DNA of 32,000 nucleotides, from NCBI RefSeq assembly GCF_900079115.1, contig NZ_LT549890.1, positions 2,010,001-2,042,000 of the forward strand. Direction: 5' to 3'. Origin of the DNA: Saccharolobus solfataricus (GTDB lineage: Archaea; Thermoproteota; Thermoprotei_A; Sulfolobales; Sulfolobaceae). The notes below the pieces were generated by a model. It saw nothing but the letters and a program-made list of their open reading frames with translations, did no database searches and had not been told where the DNA came from. Shown here in pieces: positions 27,503 through 32,000 of the stretch. The translations under genes were made by a program, and so were the position numbers. Within the stretch, counting starts at the first letter, position 1; each line of letters opens with the position of its first letter.

Positions 27503-27560
27503 TATCAGTTTCGATAGTAATAAATTTAAATTTGCCGGATTATCAGTTTCGATAGTAATA
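27503..27560. promoter_or_regulatory. Two identical 20-bp boxes TATCAGTTTCGATAGTAATA (27503-27522 and 27541-27560), each with an internal dyad, flanking a TATA-like element; candidate PadR operators
   Basis: The direct repeat is perfect at 20/20. The dyad in box 1 is TACTATC-N6-GATAGTA (27500-27519), with core TATC-N6-GATA in both boxes. AAATTTAAATTTA (minus-strand reading of 27521-33) lies between the boxes about 27 nt upstream of the padR ATG at 27500. Confidence 0.55.
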
Positions 27561-28229
27561 GTTATAGACGTTTACGTTTGTCCTAACAATAATTTAAAAT
27601 ATATTATAAATATATTATAATTTATTATTTCTTTATTATTTTATTTTCTGATTTTAATGTCGTCTTATTCTCATACTAAATAGGAGGAAAGAAATTTCGA
27701 TCTATAATGTATAGATAATTATGATTTAATTATAGAACTATCATCGTTAAAAGAGTATAAGTATTACTTTACGTAAATTTATCTCAAATCCCTTAAACCT
27801 TAAATACCAAGATAGATTCTCCTCAAGGAGATTTAAGTAATCGTAAATAGTTAGAGCGTAAATAGTATAAATACACCTTATTTTATAATTGGAAAGATTA
27901 AACATTATATATCATACATCATTTCCAAGAGACTACTATATGAGGTTAGTACTTAACTACCCCGATAATGGGGCGGACAAGGATAAATGGAGAAAAGTTC
28001 AGTGACTTCGGTGAAGCCCAAGGTCTGAGGATTAATATTAAATATTATGAAATCCCATGAAGCCAAAACCCTTTTACCACTTTAATTAGTTAAAAATAAA
28101 AACTTATCATGAGCCCAGTGACTCATCCTTGAAGTGTGCGTTCCATATACTAATTCAAAAACTTTTGTAATCGAGTTATTTCTTGAATAAAAGTATAATC
28201 TAAATCTAATAAAGATAAACTTTAATAGT

Positions 28230-29417
28230 ATGGGTACCCATATTTCACGGGTACCCATGAAATTCATCTTCGGTAAACCAGTTGACGAACCTTTTGATAG
28301 GGAGAATGAGATAAAACAGTTAGTTGAAATGATGAATAGAAGACAACCAGTTGCAATCATTGGCGTTAGAAGGATAGGAAAGACTTCCGTAATTTTAAAA
28401 AGTTTAAAAATTATTGAGACTCCGAAAGTCTATCTCTCTGTAGAGGACTTTATAGAAGGTAAAAGTTTTGACCTAGTCTCATTTCTATCATTATATTCAT
28501 CACTTCTAATAACCAATACCTTGAATTACGTGGACCCAAAAAGGAAAATATCTCAAATAGTTAAGCAGAAGGGTAAGGAATTACTTGATAAGTTAAGAGA
28601 ACTAATAGGGTATGTTAAGCTCTCGTTTAATATTAATCTTGTAGAAGTAGAAGTATTTCTTAATAGCGTAAAAAGAGGGGGTGTTAAGGAGTCAATTCCA
28701 CAAGTTTTAGAATTACCGGAAAGGCTTGCTGAAGAGTTTGGGTTAAATACTATCGTAGTTGCCATTGATGAGTTCCAGTACTTAAAACTAGCGTCTCAAA
28801 ATTATCCTGGGATTTTCCACTTATTAAGGAGTAAGTGGCAATTTCATAATAAAGTATCATATGTGATTTCCGGTTCCTCAGTAGGTCTTTTAGAAAAAAT
28901 ATTCTACGATAAAAAGGAACCATTTTACCAATTTTTCTTTCCAATTTATGTAAAACAGTTTGATAAGAATACCTCGTTTAATTTCTTAAAGCAAGGCTTT
29001 AGAGACGAGGGAAAGGACTATGAGGATAACGCTCTATTACTTGCTATAGAAGAGCTGGATGGTATTCCTGCTTGGCTTAACTATTTCGGATTAAAGAGTT
29101 TGCAGTGTAATGAGGTTACATCAGAATGTGCTAAGAAAGTAATTGAAGATATAACATTTAACGACCCTATTGTAAGGGGAATAATTCAAGAGGAGTACAA
29201 CAAATTAGGAAAGAATGCTAGAATCATATTGAAATACCTAGCAGAGAAAGGTGGTAAAGGTGATCTAAAGGGTTTGGAGTTAAGTAGGGCGAGTATAAAT
29301 GAAGGATTGAAGAGCTTATTAGGTAGTGGTTACATCGTTAAAGAAGAAAGAGGTAAGTATGCTATTATTGATCCGGTAATTGTTAAGGTTTTAAAAAGCT
29401 CTACGCAAATTATTTAA
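28230..29417 (+). CDS. Archaeal AAA+ ATPase (PF01637/COG1672 type) with C-terminal winged-helix (DUF234-like) domain
   Basis: 395-aa ORF. It has the N-terminal F.GR..E...L pattern (FDRENEIKQLVEMM), Walker A GVRRIGKTS and Walker B VVAIDEFQYL. The C-terminal ARIILKYLAEKGGKG...SINEGLKSLLGSGYIVKE reads as a wHTH. The true start is possibly the in-frame ATG at 28257 (MKFIFGKP...). Confidence 0.85.
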   Translation: MGTHISRVPMKFIFGKPVDEPFDRENEIKQLVEMMNRRQPVAIIGVRRIGKTSVILKSLKIIETPKVYLSVEDFIEGKSFDLVSFLSLYSSLLITNTLNYVDPKRKISQIVKQKGKELLDKLRELIGYVKLSFNINLVEVEVFLNSVKRGGVKESIPQVLELPERLAEEFGLNTIVVAIDEFQYLKLASQNYPGIFHLLRSKWQFHNKVSYVISGSSVGLLEKIFYDKKEPFYQFFFPIYVKQFDKNTSFNFLKQGFRDEGKDYEDNALLLAIEELDGIPAWLNYFGLKSLQCNEVTSECAKKVIEDITFNDPIVRGIIQEEYNKLGKNARIILKYLAEKGGKGDLKGLELSRASINEGLKSLLGSGYIVKEERGKYAIIDPVIVKVLKSSTQII

Positions 29418-29445
29418 GACAATTTGCGTTTAAATTCTACTTGTC

Positions 29446-29868
29446 ATGGAGGACCCCATTAAAGCAATTGAAGAAATTTTTAAGAAGGCTGATCAAATTT
29501 TTAAATTTCTAGATGTAAAGGTGATTAATTTGGAAAAAGGTAGAGCAGTTGTGGAGATACCATATAAAGAAGAATTTACCAGAAGAGGCGGTGTTCTACA
29601 TGGTGGTATTATTATGTCCGCAATTGATATTACTGGAGGTCTCGCTGCACTTACGGTAAATGATGCCATGGATCAAGTGACCCAGGAACTTAAGATCAAC
29701 TTTTTAGAACCAATGTACAAGGGACCGTTCACAATTGAAGGTAAGGTTCTTAGAAAAGGTAGTACAGTAATAGTCGTCGAAATAGAGTTTAAGGACGCAG
29801 ACGGGAAATTGGGTGCTAAGGCTATAGGTTCATGGTATATTTTGAGAACCAAGGTACAAGCAAAGTAG
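29446..29868 (+). CDS. PaaI-family hotdog-fold thioesterase
   Basis: 140-aa [47 protein letters not shown] is the characteristic PaaI / uncharacterised-domain-1 motif (..HGG....L.D...G). Confidence 0.85.
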   Translation: MEDPIKAIEEIFKKADQIFKFLDVKVINLEKGRAVVEIPYKEEFTRRGGVLHGGIIMSAIDITGGLAALTVNDAMDQVTQELKINFLEPMYKGPFTIEGKVLRKGSTVIVVEIEFKDADGKLGAKAIGSWYILRTKVQAK

Positions 29869-29875
29869 CACACTT

Positions 29876-31585
29876 TTATTGTTCCTCTAGTTTCTTAAGG
29901 AATATTAAGGCCGGAAGTAATATATCTATTGCGTCACTTACCTTATATATAGCGTGGCCGAGGTTCGGTATCACATGAAATTCGTAAGTCTTGCCGTTTC
30001 TTTGCAATTCTTGTATATATCTCATTACTGGATTTAATGGAGTTCTAGTATCGTTTTGAGAGTGAATTATGCATAGGGGTACTTTGACGTTCCTAACATA
30101 GGTGATAGGAGACCTTTCCTTCATTAAATCAATATTCTTACCATTAAATAGTATCTCCATGAACCCCCTAAACAAGGAATCAGAGAGATCATACATCTCA
30201 ACCCAATCCGCTACAGCCGCACCAGCAATACCGAAATCCCACTTATCTGGTTCTTTTCCTACTGCCAATAAAGTCATATATCCACCATAACTATAACCCA
30301 TTATTCCTACTTTATTTGTAATTCCAGTCTCTATTGCGTAATCCCTTACCTTTACCACGTCTCTTAAATCACCGCCTCCAGCATCTCCAATATTCATGAA
30401 CATGAATTTACTCCCATATCCCGTCGATCCCCTATAGTTAGGTGCAATTACATTATATCCAGCTAATACTAGAGGTGCAATTAGTAAATTCCAGCTATTA
30501 TCAACCTCAGACCAAGGGCCTCCATGAATATAAATTATTGTATTACCCGGAATTTTCCTCTTTATAACCCAAGTAGGTACTTCAACATCCGTCTTTACCT
30601 TAACATACTCTACCTCACCCACATCAACCTTCCTATTATCTACAACCACCTCAATCTTCCCATATCTACTTACCTTGTATATCTTATGTGGCGACACTAA
30701 GGAGGAATGGGAAAAGTATATTTCGTCGCCAATTCTGGTAGCGCCACTAATTGTACCTTTAGGGGTGTTAATTTCTTTACCGTTGTCAAATAGTCTGGAT
30801 TCACCATCCTTCTTTGCTATTATTAACAAATCCTCAGGGTCATAATATATTTCTATTGCCTTAAATTCGAATCCAGGGATCTCAACTCTATCGTACTTCT
30901 TACTCTCTATATCATATATGTAAATCCAGTAAGATTCCCCTGGTGTTTCGTAATCGCTTATTAAGTAAACTTTATTTCCCATTAGATAGTAAGCGTTGGT
31001 TACACTTCCTTCCTTTGGTGTTAATATCTCAATATTCCCACTAAAATCTGCTATGAAGAACTCCTGTGATCTTGGATTTCCCTTCAATACCCCTGAACCT
31101 ATAATATATTTTTCATTGACATCGGTAACAAATGAGAAGGGTGGTATGGTAGTCAGTTTACTTAATTTCCCATTTTCAATAACATATAATGAGGTTTCAT
31201 TTTGTGAAGAGCCAGTGAATACTATTCGCTTATCATCGTAGGTCAGTGATGAAATTCTAACCCTTGGCGATTCAATCTGAAATTCCTCTCCTTTCAAATT
31301 TGCTATATGTATTGCATGAATTTCTTTCCCCTTTTCAACGTCTCTTGCAAAGGGTATAAAGTCTAGGCTTGATTTTGGTCTAGTTGAAATTGCTATTGGC
31401 GATTTTGTTAACTTTACATTCTTTCCACCTATTAGAGCATAGATGCTTATTTCTCCCTCAGATGTTGCCAAATATATTAAATTATTCTTTAACTTACCTA
31501 ATATGGCATAAAATGGAATTCTTACCGTTTCCTCTAACAGCTTTATTAGTTCTGAGTACTCCATATAGTGGAATTGTATTTGCAA
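29876..31585 (-). CDS. S9-family serine peptidase (prolyl oligopeptidase / acylaminoacyl-peptidase-like)
   Basis: 569-aa ORF with an N-terminal beta-propeller-like region. The C-terminal alpha/beta hydrolase carries the nucleophile elbow GYSYGGY, Asp in HSQNDTRTP and His in NLGHAI. A TATA-like run at 31589-31600 sits only about 9 nt from the first ATG but about 30 nt from Met8, so the likely start is 31564. Confidence 0.9.
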   Translation of the reverse strand: MQIQFHYMEYSELIKLLEETVRIPFYAILGKLKNNLIYLATSEGEISIYALIGGKNVKLTKSPIAISTRPKSSLDFIPFARDVEKGKEIHAIHIANLKGEEFQIESPRVRISSLTYDDKRIVFTGSSQNETSLYVIENGKLSKLTTIPPFSFVTDVNEKYIIGSGVLKGNPRSQEFFIADFSGNIEILTPKEGSVTNAYYLMGNKVYLISDYETPGESYWIYIYDIESKKYDRVEIPGFEFKAIEIYYDPEDLLIIAKKDGESRLFDNGKEINTPKGTISGATRIGDEIYFSHSSLVSPHKIYKVSRYGKIEVVVDNRKVDVGEVEYVKVKTDVEVPTWVIKRKIPGNTIIYIHGGPWSEVDNSWNLLIAPLVLAGYNVIAPNYRGSTGYGSKFMFMNIGDAGGGDLRDVVKVRDYAIETGITNKVGIMGYSYGGYMTLLAVGKEPDKWDFGIAGAAVADWVEMYDLSDSLFRGFMEILFNGKNIDLMKERSPITYVRNVKVPLCIIHSQNDTRTPLNPVMRYIQELQRNGKTYEFHVIPNLGHAIYKVSDAIDILLPALIFLKKLEEQ

Positions 31586-31919
31586 TATATATATTAATAT
31601 CTTTTTATAACACTAATGCTTTCAGAAAGTTTATAGCTTTAGGCAAAGGATATACCACTAGATCATAGTCTAAGAACTTTTCCAAAATACCAACGGTTTG
31701 TGAACTTGTTGAATTTTCCAGAAGAGTTAGAAGGATCACAAAGCTAAATTGAACATCTCAACATTAGTTGAAATAAAGGTAATGAGTTTGGACAACGATT
31801 TTGTTAATTGACGATAAACTATAAATAAAAGACTTGAAATAAAAAGAGAATTATTATTTGACAAAATGAAGACAAGTCTCGAATGAGAGTGTTTGGATCC
31901 TTTTATAAGGCCTAAAAAG

Positions 31920-32000
31920 TTATTTCTTCAACTTATCTTCTATATATTCTATAATTTCCGCTATATTCTGGGTTGATTCATCGTTATTGAAGGTCTTATT
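31920..32000 (-). CDS. Possible 3' end of a minus-strand gene running off the window
   Basis: An open frame of 26 codons reaches the window edge and ends ...NKTFNNDESTQNIAEIIEYIEDKLKK followed by TAA (31920-31922). No family can be assigned. Confidence 0.25.
   Translation of the reverse strand, partial: NKTFNNDESTQNIAEIIEYIEDKLKK

Noticed and set aside
27085-27555. 156-aa plus-strand ORF
   Set aside because: It is entirely antisense to padR and its promoter. The product is a Ser/Leu/Ile-rich shadow translation.
27597-27660. Very AT-rich tract with a tandem AAATATATTAT repeat, considered as a replication origin or DNA-unwinding element
   Set aside because: I could find no origin-recognition-box-like dyads. 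No cdc6/orc1 or whiP-type initiator gene is nearby. Simple AT-rich tandem repeats are common in Sulfolobales spacers.
28082-28360. 92-aa minus-strand ORF overlapping the ATPase gene start
   Set aside because: It is antisense to the conserved N-terminus of the ATPase and extends into AT-rich spacer. No motif is present.
31384-31668. 94-aa plus-strand ORF at the peptidase 5' end
   Set aside because: It is antisense to the S9 peptidase N-terminus and promoter. The same reasoning rejects the other listed antisense ORFs: 2900-3088, 4805-5044, 6205-6453, 8669-8941, 15129-15311, 17611-18105, 18686-18886, 20930-21118, 22683-22877, 24857-25096, 26190-27035, 28553-28944, 29673-29873 and 30102-31241.

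Overview
AT-rich archaeal chromosomal segment. I infer a Sulfolobales (Sulfolobus/Saccharolobus-like) origin from memory of the gene families, not from a database hit. Supporting signs are TATA-like boxes about 25-30 nt upstream of many ATGs (leaderless-style promoters), GGTGA-type ribosome-binding sites, T-tract terminators, a DUF973-type membrane protein, a COG1672 archaeal ATPase, a tnpA-less TnpB element and a three-gene pyruvate/2-oxoacid:ferredoxin oxidoreductase. About 30 credible protein genes are present. I saw no rRNA, tRNA or CRISPR array. Layout: 0.1-2.8 kb holds an amidohydrolase and a sodium:solute symporter with a small subunit. 2.9-5.5 kb holds an ABC ATPase - membrane protein - wHTH regulator operon, divergent from a 6-TM membrane gene, with a centred palindrome between the two promoters. 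5.7-7.5 kb holds a DUF973-like membrane protein and a transglutaminase-like protein. 8.0-10.2 kb holds a peroxiredoxin and a signature amidase. 10.2-13.6 kb is the accessory patch. 13.8-23.4 kb is a carbon-metabolism block (lactate permease, OFA-type MFS, POR gamma-delta/alpha/beta, Lrp/AsnC, glycerol kinase). 23.9-27.5 kb holds an MFS transporter and a PadR-regulated ABC-2 exporter. 28.2-31.6 kb holds an archaeal AAA+ ATPase, a PaaI thioesterase and an S9 peptidase. The accessory patch is the most interesting part. It contains an apparently intact TnpB (RNA-guided nuclease family) with a structured 3' tail that could encode an omega-RNA. Next to it are a second TnpB C-terminal relic and a UPF0175/PIN-like toxin-antitoxin locus. 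A perfect 191-bp direct repeat has remodelled that locus, leaving a toxin-tail stub, one intact pair, a chimeric orphan antitoxin and a stop-interrupted downstream frame. Other leads are two regulator-operator predictions (PadR boxes at 27503-27560 and the wHTH palindrome at 4607-4625). There is also a significant 14-bp inverted-repeat pair upstream of the lactate permease and a G+C-enriched non-coding island at 23.6-23.8 kb. All functional calls rest on motif recognition by eye and none has been checked by search.
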